Below are positions 9,298-18,005 of a stretch of 45,276 bases of DNA, piece by piece. Under the pieces are notes generated by a model, which saw only the letters and a list, made by a program, of their open reading frames with translations, was not told the origin of the DNA and did no database searches. Each line of letters begins with the position of its first letter. Position 1 is the stretch's first letter. The DNA lies in contig CAZNXX010000004.1 in the NCBI GenBank assembly GCA_964577095.1, positions 1 to 45,276 of the forward strand, in the 5' to 3' direction. Source of the DNA: an uncultured bacterium. Its GTDB lineage: Bacteria; Zhuqueibacterota; QNDG01; DTFT01. Position numbers and translations under genes: made by a program.

Positions 9298-9771
9298 GGC
9301 GGCCGGAGCGGAAGCCTGGGGTTCGGCGGGCGCCGCTGCCGGAGCGGCCGCTTCGGGTTTCGCTTCGGGTTTCGCTTCGGCCGCTTTTGCTGCCTTATCC
9401 CTGGCTTTCTTGGAAACGCGGGTTTTCTCTCCCGCGCGTCTGGAGCGGTCGACCTGCACGGCCTCCCACTTCTTCACTTCCTCTTCGATCCGGGTTTCCT
9501 CGAATCCGCGCTTCTTCAGGTTGCGGCGCACCAGAATGCCCTTGTGCTTCAGAAGGCTCCGTACGGTGTCTGAGGGAACCGCGCCCTTGTCGAGCCAGTA
9601 ATTCACTCGCGACTCCTCCACCTTCACGGCTGAGGGATTCGTCAGCGCTTCATAGGTGCCGAGACATTCGAGGTAACGCCCATCGCGCGGGGAGCGCGTA
9701 TCGGTCACCACGATCCGGTAAAACGGACGCTTTTTGCGGCCGAACCGTGTCAAACGGATTTTGACTGACAA
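9295..9771 (-). CDS. rpsP: 30S ribosomal protein S16 with a long Lys/Ala/Glu/Pro-rich C-terminal extension
   Basis: The N-terminal ~80 aa (VKIRLTRFGRKKRPFYRIVVTDTRSPRDGRYLE) are canonical S16. The total of 158 aa ends in AKPEAKPEAAAPAAAPAEPQASAPAA. TTG start with GGAGG 6 nt upstream. Confidence 0.95.
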   Translation of the reverse strand: MSVKIRLTRFGRKKRPFYRIVVTDTRSPRDGRYLECLGTYEALTNPSAVKVEESRVNYWLDKGAVPSDTVRSLLKHKGILVRRNLKKRGFEETRIEEEVKKWEAVQVDRSRRAGEKTRVSKKARDKAAKAAEAKPEAKPEAAAPAAAPAEPQASAPAA

Positions 9772-9835
9772 ACAGTACCTCCTGTTGGTGTGAGACTGCC
9801 TTTTTCAGTGTCAGGGTTTAAACGTCCCGGGTCGC

Positions 9836-11170
9836 TCAGCCGAACGGGAACCTTCCGTGCATTCCGGCAAGCCCCTTTCCCCTGAGTTTTCCCATTCTCT
9901 TCATCATCGTCTGCATCGCCTGAAAATCCCGCAGCAACTGGTTCACGTCCTGCACGCGGGTGCCGCTCCCGGAGGCGATGCGCTTGCGCCTGCTGCCGTC
10001 GATCACATGGGGCTTCCGGCGCTCTTCGATGGTCATGGACATGATGATCGCCTCGATCCGGACGAGGGATTTCTCGTCCGGCGCGGTGTTCACCGGCACC
10101 CGGCCGCGCATGCCGGGCACCATGTCCATCAGCTGCGACAGGGGTCCCATCTTTCGCACCTGCCGGAGCTGATCGACAAAATCCTCCAGCGTGAACCCGC
10201 TGCCGGTGAGCCGCTTCGCGAGTTTCTCCGCCTGCTCCCGGTCGACACTCTCCTGCGCCCGCTCCACCAGCGACACGATGTCGCCCATTCCCAGGATGCG
10301 CGAAGCGAGCCGGTCGGGGTGGAAAACCTCGAGGCCGTCGGTTTTCTCGCCCGTGGACAGGAATTTCACGGGCTTTCCGGTGACCGCGCGGATCGACAGC
10401 GCGGCGCCGCCGCGGCCGTCGCCGTCCATCTTGGTGAGGACGATTCCGTCGAATCCGGGCTGAACCGCGAAGGCCTGCGCGGATTTCACGGCGTCCTGTC
10501 CCGTCATCCCGTCCGCGACGAACAGGATTTCCGAGGGTTTCACCGCAGCTTTGACGGTCGCAATCTCATCCATCATGTCCGCGTCGATGTGCAGACGTCC
10601 CGCGGTGTCGACAATGACCGTGTCGAGGCTTCTCTTTCGCGCCTCGGCAACGGCGCCTGCCGCGATACGATCCGCTGAAAGGCCGGTGGGCGCGTAAACG
10701 GGAAGACCCGCGTCTTCCCCCAGCCGCTTGAGCTGTTCGGCTGCAGCGGGCCTGTGAATGTCGGCCGCGGCGAGCAGTGCCCTTCGGTTGCGTTTCGCCA
10801 GGTGTCGGCCCAGCTTTGCGCAAAACGTGGTCTTGCCGGACCCCTGCAGACCGACCACCAGAACCACGGCCGGCAACGGGCCGTCGAGACGCACCGGAAC
10901 ATGCGCGGTTCCGAGCAAAGCGATCAGCTCGTCATGCACGATCTTGACGAGCATCTGGCCGGGTTGAATGCCGGCTGTCACGTCACGGCCGATCGCTTTG
11001 GCCTTGACGGACGCGATGAACTCGGACGCGACCTTGTAATGAACATCCGCTTCGAGCAGAACACGCCTGATCTCACGGCAGGATTCTTCGATGTTCTGTT
11101 CAGAAAGCTTGCCGGTGGCCCTGATTTTTTTCAGGACACCGTCGAATTTTCGGACAATATCTTCGAACAT
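9836..11170 (-). CDS. ffh: Signal recognition particle protein Ffh
   Basis: 444 aa with GLQGSGKTT P-loop, DTAGR, TKMDGDGRGGAALS, and a Met-rich M domain. No obvious Shine-Dalgarno before the ATG. Confidence 0.97.
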   Translation of the reverse strand: MFEDIVRKFDGVLKKIRATGKLSEQNIEESCREIRRVLLEADVHYKVASEFIASVKAKAIGRDVTAGIQPGQMLVKIVHDELIALLGTAHVPVRLDGPLPAVVLVVGLQGSGKTTFCAKLGRHLAKRNRRALLAAADIHRPAAAEQLKRLGEDAGLPVYAPTGLSADRIAAGAVAEARKRSLDTVIVDTAGRLHIDADMMDEIATVKAAVKPSEILFVADGMTGQDAVKSAQAFAVQPGFDGIVLTKMDGDGRGGAALSIRAVTGKPVKFLSTGEKTDGLEVFHPDRLASRILGMGDIVSLVERAQESVDREQAEKLAKRLTGSGFTLEDFVDQLRQVRKMGPLSQLMDMVPGMRGRVPVNTAPDEKSLVRIEAIIMSMTIEERRKPHVIDGSRRKRIASGSGTRVQDVNQLLRDFQAMQTMMKRMGKLRGKGLAGMHGRFPFG

Positions 11171-11430
11171 AATATGCCAATAAAGCCATGAAATTTAAGG
11201 AAAAAATGCTGGGGATGCAAGGGGTTTTATTGAATTAAAGTCAATCAGGATTAATTATCTAATTTATTGAATATCATTAAATTATCTGCTTCGCCGGTCG
11301 AGATTCAGACGTTTTCCTCCGTCGATTGAGTGATCACCCCCCCTCCCGAAGTGCCCGGTCACGGGAAAAGTATCCAAACGATCACCCTGTATTGGACCGG
11401 TCCGTGGCCCGTGGTACGCTCAGATTCGCG

Positions 11431-12576
11431 TTATATTCGAATACGGACGCGCATGCCGCCCGGAACGTCTTCCCCGGAGGCCAGGATGATGTAGCCTCCC
11501 CCGCTTCCGGAGAAAATCGCGCCCGGATAACGGGCATACGCCCGCAGTTTTTTCTCCTGCTCCTCCGGAACCGCGCGGGGCAGAAGCCGCTTCCAGGCCT
11601 CCAGGTTCATGGACAAGGACCGTCCCAATTGCGAGACATTCCGGTCGCGGATGCCGGACCAGCAGCATTCAGCGGATTCGGCCAGCATCTGCACGCCTTC
11701 CACGGTCACGTTGCGATCCTGGAGGGGATCGTATTGCAGGGGCCGTGATCCGACGGGAATCAGGCGCAGAACGCTTTCCAGCCATCGGGCCGCGTCCGGG
11801 TCCGTGATCGAGTCGATGGCCGCCGGCCAATACCCGCCCTCGTAGTGAAGACGATTGATGCCCGGCATCAGAAGTCCGAGATGGTCCTGGGATCCGGACA
11901 CGTACGGGGAACCGGGCGGATTCTCGGCGCCGAACAGCAGTCTGGCGTTGCGCTCCGGGTCGCCGTCCGGGAAGCGGTCGCCCCAGAGTTCCAGCGCCAC
12001 CTTGCGCGAGCTGGTGCCCATGCCCGAGCGTTCGTTAAAAACGACGGTCGGGAGAATCTGAACGACGATGACCGGTCCGGGGTGCAGTTGGGAAACCCAG
12101 GGCTGGTCCATCCATCCGCCGGCCAGGCAGATGCGGTACGGCAGGCGGAGCTTCAGTTTGACGTCGGAACTTGAACGGGCCGGCAGGCCCTTCTCGGGTA
12201 CCCGGTCGAGGACGATGTACTGCACGCCGTTCTCGCGGCACAAGCGTTCCTTTTCCGGCGTGTGCCCGTCCGAATTCACCACGAAACGGTCCGGTTTCAG
12301 CCGCTTCAGGTCCGGCTCGAAGTCGAGCAGACCCCTGCCGGATCCCAGAATCGCGTCATGGACGTGACGGATTGACCGGACGAGAAACAGGCGTTCGTCC
12401 TGCGTGAAAACCGGCGGCCGGCCCTTCAGAAGACGGATGTTTTCGTCCGTGCCCAATGAGACCGTCAGGCGGCCATAGGCCGACGCCTCATTGAAAAAGG
12501 CGACGTGCCCCGCGTGCAGCAGATCGAAGCATCCGCTGACCAGGACCGTCTTTTCACCCGATTCGTCCCGGTTCAT
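11431..12576 (-). CDS. Fusion of a cytidylyltransferase-fold nucleotidyltransferase and a GHMP-type sugar kinase (fucokinase/HddA-like)
   Basis: N-terminal domain has GCFDLLHAGH. C-terminal domain has NERSGMGTSS (a GHMP phosphate-binding loop of the fucokinase GLGTSS flavour) and SGSGGGYI. ATG 12576 overlaps the upstream stop as ATGA. The track start 12609 is the alternative. Confidence 0.75.
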   Translation of the reverse strand: MNRDESGEKTVLVSGCFDLLHAGHVAFFNEASAYGRLTVSLGTDENIRLLKGRPPVFTQDERLFLVRSIRHVHDAILGSGRGLLDFEPDLKRLKPDRFVVNSDGHTPEKERLCRENGVQYIVLDRVPEKGLPARSSSDVKLKLRLPYRICLAGGWMDQPWVSQLHPGPVIVVQILPTVVFNERSGMGTSSRKVALELWGDRFPDGDPERNARLLFGAENPPGSPYVSGSQDHLGLLMPGINRLHYEGGYWPAAIDSITDPDAARWLESVLRLIPVGSRPLQYDPLQDRNVTVEGVQMLAESAECCWSGIRDRNVSQLGRSLSMNLEAWKRLLPRAVPEEQEKKLRAYARYPGAIFSGSGGGYIILASGEDVPGGMRVRIRI

Positions 12577-13541
12577 TCCCGTCCTTCCGTCATCTGCCGG
12601 AAAATCCACGCGTACGTCTTCTCCAGCCCCTGCTTAAGTGAAATGGAAGGTTCCCAGTTCAGATACCGCCGGATGAGCGTATTGTCGCTGTTCCTTCCGC
12701 GTACGCCCTTGGGAGCGTTGAGGTCGTATTTCCGTTCGAGCTTGATCCCGGCGATCGCCTCCACGAGGTCGACCAGCCCGTTGATGGAGACCATCTCGCT
12801 GGAACCCAGGTTGATCGGTTCCTCGATCGCACTGTTCATGATGTCCACAATGCCCTTCACCCCGTCGTCGATGTACATGAAGCTGCGGGTCTGAAGCCCG
12901 TCGCCCCAGACGGTGATCTCGCGGCTGCCTCCGAGCTTGGCTTGGATGACCTTCCGGCAGATCGCGGCCGGCGCCTTCTCGCGCCCGCCGGTCCACGTGC
13001 CGAAGGGTCCGTAGACGTTGTGGAACCGGGCCATCCGGGTGACCAGGCCGAAATCCTCCCTGAAATGCCGGCACATCCGTTCGCTGAAGAGTTTCTCCCA
13101 TCCATAGCCGTCCTCGGCCATGGCGGGATACGCGTCGGATTCCCGGAGGCCTGGATTGTCCGGATCCATCTGCTTTTCCGCGTTGTACACGCAAGCGGAG
13201 GACGCGAAAAAAAACCGTTTCACGCCCTTTTCCCGGGCCGCCATGAGCAGGTGCGTGTTGATCAGGACGCTGAGCATGCAGGCCGCCTTATGCGTCTCGA
13301 TGAACCCCATCCCGCCCATGTCGGCCGCCAGGTTGTAAACTTCGTCGCAGCCGTCCATCGCGGTGACGCAGTTCTCGCGGATCCGCAGATCCAGGACGCG
13401 GTTCTCCGCTTCGGCTGAACGCTGATACCACTGATTCAGCGGCTTGATGTCCACGGCGCGCACGCGGTGCTGTTTTTTGAGGGCATTGACCAGATGGCCG
13501 CCGATGAATCCTCCGGCCCCCGCCACGAGAATGGTTTTCAT
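12573..13541 (-). CDS. GDP-mannose 3,5-epimerase-like SDR
   Basis: GAGGFIGGH Rossmann motif. The long blocks NLAADMGGMGFI, RFHNVYGPFGTWTGGREKAPAAICRK, WGDGLQTRSF and GVRGRNSDN match my recollection of plant and bacterial GME. Confidence 0.88.
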   Translation of the reverse strand: MKTILVAGAGGFIGGHLVNALKKQHRVRAVDIKPLNQWYQRSAEAENRVLDLRIRENCVTAMDGCDEVYNLAADMGGMGFIETHKAACMLSVLINTHLLMAAREKGVKRFFFASSACVYNAEKQMDPDNPGLRESDAYPAMAEDGYGWEKLFSERMCRHFREDFGLVTRMARFHNVYGPFGTWTGGREKAPAAICRKVIQAKLGGSREITVWGDGLQTRSFMYIDDGVKGIVDIMNSAIEEPINLGSSEMVSINGLVDLVEAIAGIKLERKYDLNAPKGVRGRNSDNTLIRRYLNWEPSISLKQGLEKTYAWIFRQMTEGRE

Positions 13542-13709
13542 GTGTCGTTCTTCCTCTGCTTAAAAAAATGATCATGACTGATCGCCGGACCGGTCCCGCG
13601 ATGCCGCTGTCGGATCGAGACAGTCTCCGGGATTGATCCTCGGTCTCCAACAGCCCGGCACCCGGGGTACCGGCGTTTTGATGAGCGGCCATTGACGCGT
13701 CGCTTCACT

Positions 13710-16229
13710 TCATCTCGTCGTCTCCCGCTGAAAAGCGGGAGGCCTGTCCCGTCCCGTCAATTCATAGGTCCGGCCGGGCGCCGTTTCCATGTCGTACAGG
13801 TACCCTTCGGGAACGGAACGGGGTTCGATGCGGGCGGCTTTTGAAATCAGGGGACGCTTTCCCTCCGGAATCCAGTACAGGGGATTCGGATTCCTGCCCT
13901 TGGCGGCTTTCAGCCGGGTTCCTGGACCGCCTTTCAACGGCGTGCCGGAACGGATCCTGCAGTTACCGCCGAGCGTGGATCGTATGCTCAAACGGGCGAC
14001 ACGCCCCTCCTTCCACTCCATCGACTCGATTTGAAACCCGCCGCGCGCCCTGAGTCCGCTGACATTCCCCTGCGGCCATGCTCCGGGCAGTGCCGGAAGC
14101 ACGTGAATGGCGCCGTCGTCGCTCTGAAGAAGCATCTCCGCGACGCCCGACGTGAAGCCGAAATTCCCGTCAATCTGGAACGGCGGGTGCGCGTCAAACA
14201 GGTTCGGGTAGGTTCCCCCCGATTCGGCGAATCCGCCGCCGACCCTCCGGTTCACGGGCTTGATCTGTTCGATTATGAGCTTGTACGCGTGATCGCCGTC
14301 CAGAAAGTGCGCCCACAGGTTGATTTTCCAGTTCATCGACCAGCCGGTTGAGGGATCCCCGCGTTGCAGCAGGGATGTCCGGCCGGCGTCGAACAGTTCG
14401 GGGGTCCGGTACGGCGATATCTGATTGCCCGGGAACACGCCGTACAGATGGGAAACATGACGATGATGGTCCTCGGGGTTGTCCCAATCCTCGAGCCATT
14501 CCTGAAGCTGGCCGTGCCGGCCGATCTGCATGGGCGGCAGGCGTTCGAGAGTCGATTCGATCTTCCGGACAAATCCCGGATCGGTTTTCAGCAGCCGGGC
14601 GGAACGGGTCGTCGCGGTCAGGAGGTCGAAAACAAGCTGGTTATCGAGCGTGGCGCCTGCCGTGATGGAGTATTGCGGGTGGACGGAGGGGGCGTTCTCC
14701 GGGGAAACGGAGGGGCAGACGACCAGCCATCGATTCGAGGGTTCCTCCGTGAGAAATTCCAGATAGAACTCGGCCGCTCCCTTCAGAATCGGGTAAACCG
14801 AGCGCAGATAGGCGATGTCCCCGCTGAAAAGGTATTTCTGCCAGAGATGCTGGCAGAGCCAGGCCCCGCCGGCCGGCCACATCCCCCAGAACGCCCCGTC
14901 CACCGGGCCGGTGATGCGCCACAGATCGGTGTTGTGATGCGCGACCCACCCGCCGGCGCCGTACAGGGTTTTCGCCGTCTGCCGTCCCGTTTCCGACAGA
15001 TCCCGGACCATTTCAATGAGGGGCTCGGCCATTTCGGGAAGCCCCGTGGTTTCGGCGGGCCAGTAATTCATCTCCGTGTTGATGTTGATCGTGTATTTGC
15101 TGTCCCAGGGAGGATACAATTGATCGTTCCAGAGCCCCTGCAGTGTGGCGGGTTGCCCCCCGGGCTGCGAGGAACTGATCAGGAGATAACGGCCGAATTG
15201 AAACAGGAGAGCCGCCAGGTGCGGATCGGAACCGCGGGCGAAGCGTTCGATGCGGACGTCGGTGGGATTCCGCACGGAATCCGTCACGCCGAGATTCAAC
15301 CGGACCCTTCCGTAGGTCTTCCGGTAGGCCTCGATATGATCGTTGAGCGCGGCCGCGTAATCCTTTTCCGCGGACCGGATGAGCGGCTCCCCGGCTCTCC
15401 GGAGCGGGTCGCCGCTGATGTCGTCGTACCGGATGAAGCTGGAGGCGATGGACACGGTGATCAGCGCAGCGTCGGCGTGACGGACAAATATCGCCCCCTC
15501 TTCCGCGTCCCGTTCGCCACCATCGGACGCGACCCTAACCGCGGCTGCGAACCGGACCTTCCCTCGAATGCCCTCGCAGTCTCCCGACGTTCCGGACAGA
15601 ACGATCCGATCCGGATCTTCGGTCGACACATCGAAAGCCGCGGGCCGGTCCATGGAAACCGCGAAATTCAACTGACCGGGCCGGTCCGCGGTGATCCGGA
15701 TGAAAATAACCTGATCCGCGAATGAGGCGAAGACCTCCCGCGTGAAGGTCACCTCCCCCAGCCGGTAGCGCGTGGTCGCGACCGCCCGTTCCAGATCGAG
15801 TTCACGCCTGTAACCCGACGCCCGTTCATGCCCGGGAAAGGAGAGAACCAGGTCCCCGACGGTCTGATACGGCATGCCGTGAGCGGTTTTTGAAATCATT
15901 TTTTCGTTGACCAGCGCCTGCGCGGCGCCGGGATCTCCGCTGAAGATCAGGCGGCGGACTTCCGGAAGCGCCTGGAGCGCGTCCGGATTGTCATTGCGCC
16001 AGGGTTCACCGGCCCAGACCGTGCCTTCATTCAGCTGGATGCGCTCATGCGAAGGATCCCCGAAGACCATGGCGCCCAGCCGCCCGTTTCCCAGGGGCAG
16101 GGCCTCGGTCCAGACGCGGGCCGGTTCATCGTACCACAACATGAATGGCGCCTCGGACCGGTTCGGGTCCGCCGAGGCCGCGGCTGACAGCAAAAAGAGG
16201 ATCCCGGTCGCGAAAACCCGCCTTTTCAT
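13710..16229 (-). CDS. Glycoside hydrolase family 95 (alpha-L-fucosidase / alpha-L-galactosidase type), secreted
   Basis: 839 aa with a signal peptide. The N-terminal LWYDEPARVWTEALPLGNGRLGAMVFG...IQLNEGTVWAG block and the size are typical of GH95. Confidence 0.88.
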   Translation of the reverse strand: MKRRVFATGILFLLSAAASADPNRSEAPFMLWYDEPARVWTEALPLGNGRLGAMVFGDPSHERIQLNEGTVWAGEPWRNDNPDALQALPEVRRLIFSGDPGAAQALVNEKMISKTAHGMPYQTVGDLVLSFPGHERASGYRRELDLERAVATTRYRLGEVTFTREVFASFADQVIFIRITADRPGQLNFAVSMDRPAAFDVSTEDPDRIVLSGTSGDCEGIRGKVRFAAAVRVASDGGERDAEEGAIFVRHADAALITVSIASSFIRYDDISGDPLRRAGEPLIRSAEKDYAAALNDHIEAYRKTYGRVRLNLGVTDSVRNPTDVRIERFARGSDPHLAALLFQFGRYLLISSSQPGGQPATLQGLWNDQLYPPWDSKYTININTEMNYWPAETTGLPEMAEPLIEMVRDLSETGRQTAKTLYGAGGWVAHHNTDLWRITGPVDGAFWGMWPAGGAWLCQHLWQKYLFSGDIAYLRSVYPILKGAAEFYLEFLTEEPSNRWLVVCPSVSPENAPSVHPQYSITAGATLDNQLVFDLLTATTRSARLLKTDPGFVRKIESTLERLPPMQIGRHGQLQEWLEDWDNPEDHHRHVSHLYGVFPGNQISPYRTPELFDAGRTSLLQRGDPSTGWSMNWKINLWAHFLDGDHAYKLIIEQIKPVNRRVGGGFAESGGTYPNLFDAHPPFQIDGNFGFTSGVAEMLLQSDDGAIHVLPALPGAWPQGNVSGLRARGGFQIESMEWKEGRVARLSIRSTLGGNCRIRSGTPLKGGPGTRLKAAKGRNPNPLYWIPEGKRPLISKAARIEPRSVPEGYLYDMETAPGRTYELTGRDRPPAFQRETTR

Positions 16230-16257
16230 GATTCACTCCCTTTCGTGTATTCGGAAA

Positions 16258-17277
16258 TCAGGACGGTTCCGGAACTTGGAGCGATTCTCCGATTTCGATT
16301 TCCGAATCGATCCGGACCATCGTTCTGAATCCCTTCTCTCCTCGGATGCATTTCAGCATCATCTCCATCGCTTTCAATCCGAGTTGATATGGATCCACAT
16401 TGATAATGGTCATGGAGGGAGACGGAATTTGGGCGAATTCGTGGTGGCCGAAAGCGACGACCCCGACGTCATCCGGTATTCTCAATCCCCTTTCACGGAT
16501 GGCGTCATACACGCCGAGCGCGATTCGATCATTTGCCGCGAAAATGACTTCAGGTTTATCCCGGCCCGTCCAGAGTTTCCCGAATCCGGCGATTCCGTCC
16601 TTTCGTTCAAAACCGCCTTCCGCAATCCACTCTTTCCGGACCGGCAATCCATGATCCTTCAATGAATCCAGATACCCGTCGAGACGGTCGCGGCCGATCC
16701 GAACAAGGGAAGATCCGGCCAAATGACCGATTTTACGGTACCCGCAACGGATCACGAAATCGACGAGCTTTTTCGCCGCGCCCCGGTCGTCGATTCCGAC
16801 GAATCCCGAACCCTGATTCTCCAGGATACGGTCGAAAAATATCAACGGCACATCCGAAAGTTTCACTTTCTGATAGATCGCGGCGTCCGGCGTTTCCTTC
16901 GAAACCGCGATCAGCAGTCCGTCGACCCTCATGGAAAGCAGATTGAGAATGTTTTTCCTCTCGATTTCGCTCTTCTCCCGGGAAACGGCCAGAATCACAT
17001 GGTATCCGGAACGGACGGCGGCGTCCATGATGCCGTCGACCGCGTAGGAGAAAAACGAATTCGAGATATCGGGCACGACGACGCCGACGGTCATGGATTT
17101 GCGGGAATGAAGCCCCCGGGCGTGATAATGCGGAATGTAATTCAGTTTTTCAGCGAGCTCACGGACGCGGTGTTTCATGTCGTCCGAAATATCCGAATCA
17201 CCCTTGAGCGCTTTTGAAACCGTGGCCCGGCTGACTTTCAATTTACGGGCGATTTCGGATTGATTGATGATGGGCAT
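16258..17277 (-). CDS. LacI-family transcriptional regulator
   Basis: N-terminal HTH (INQSEIARKLKVSRATVSKALKG) and a periplasmic-binding-fold body. The track start is TTG 17307. ATG 17277 gives the usual short lead-in to the HTH. Confidence 0.9.
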   Translation of the reverse strand: MPIINQSEIARKLKVSRATVSKALKGDSDISDDMKHRVRELAEKLNYIPHYHARGLHSRKSMTVGVVVPDISNSFFSYAVDGIMDAAVRSGYHVILAVSREKSEIERKNILNLLSMRVDGLLIAVSKETPDAAIYQKVKLSDVPLIFFDRILENQGSGFVGIDDRGAAKKLVDFVIRCGYRKIGHLAGSSLVRIGRDRLDGYLDSLKDHGLPVRKEWIAEGGFERKDGIAGFGKLWTGRDKPEVIFAANDRIALGVYDAIRERGLRIPDDVGVVAFGHHEFAQIPSPSMTIINVDPYQLGLKAMEMMLKCIRGEKGFRTMVRIDSEIEIGESLQVPEPS

Positions 17278-17377
17278 TGACTTACTCGTGTAAGTAGAAT
17301 TATCCAATTTTACCCTATTTAACCGCCAATGTCAAGTATTTTCTCGTTGCCGTTCAGAAAACATCGGATGTCCGGCT

Positions 17378-17776
17378 TCATTCGACGGGCCCCCCGCAAT
17401 CCTCCATACTGTAAATTCGCTCCGTCAATCTCCATTTCTCTCCCGCCGTGGCATCGGCGGATGCAGCCTGGAACCGCGACATCCTCTCCTCCCATTCCGC
17501 CTGCCTGGGCTTTCCCGCAAGTTCGGCCATGGCGCGGTCATGGTCGAAATCGGGGACCGTGTCCATGATCATGAACAACCGGGTTCCGTCCCTGTAGATC
17601 TGCATGTCGAGGATGCCGACTTCCCGCATCCCGGCAGCGATTTCGGGCCAGCAGGCTCCGGGCGCATGGGCGTCTTTGTACTCCTGCATCAACGCCGGAT
17701 CGTCTTTCAATTGAAGGGTCTTGCAGTACCGTTTGATTCTGCGAAACGCCGGCGAAGAATGATTCGGATCGATCAT
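17378..17776 (-). CDS. L-rhamnose mutarotase family protein (RhaM/YiiL-like; context suggests L-fucose or L-galactose)
   Basis: 132 aa beginning MIDPNHSS...KRYCKTLQLKDDPALMQEYKDAHA...WPEI. ATG 17776 has GGAGA upstream. The 222-aa track ORF is an unsupported 5' extension that overlaps the ABC gene. Confidence 0.85.
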   Translation of the reverse strand: MIDPNHSSPAFRRIKRYCKTLQLKDDPALMQEYKDAHAPGACWPEIAAGMREVGILDMQIYRDGTRLFMIMDTVPDFDHDRAMAELAGKPRQAEWEERMSRFQAASADATAGEKWRLTERIYSMEDCGGPVE

Positions 17777-17789
17777 GATCGTCTCCTCT

Positions 17790-17816
17790 TGAATCTGACA
17801 GCGAGCGCATTCCCCG
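17790..17816 (-). repeat. 27-nt exact repeat, copy B (inverted relative to 9271-9297)
   Basis: TGAATCTGACAGCGAGCGCATTCCCCG on the plus strand. It lies 14-40 nt upstream of the mutarotase ATG, adjacent to its Shine-Dalgarno. Confidence 0.85.
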
Positions 17817-18005
17817 GTCTCGCGATGCGGGATGAATCCGGGGATGAGGGCTGATGAACACTTCTCCGGAGAATCAGACCCGTTGGAGCGGCTGGAAGCA
17901 CGATCTTCGATCAACCGGAAGGATTGGAACCGGAACCATCGGGCTTCCGGCCATCCGATTGACTTCTGTCTTTCAGTCCCTGCTCGTTTCCTGTCTTGGA
18001 GTGGT

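Noticed and set aside
17851-17857. Hammerhead-ribozyme core (CTGATGA) in the mutarotase/ABC intergenic region
   Set aside because: The heptamer is not accompanied by a properly placed GAAA box or the three flanking stems. It is most likely a chance occurrence.
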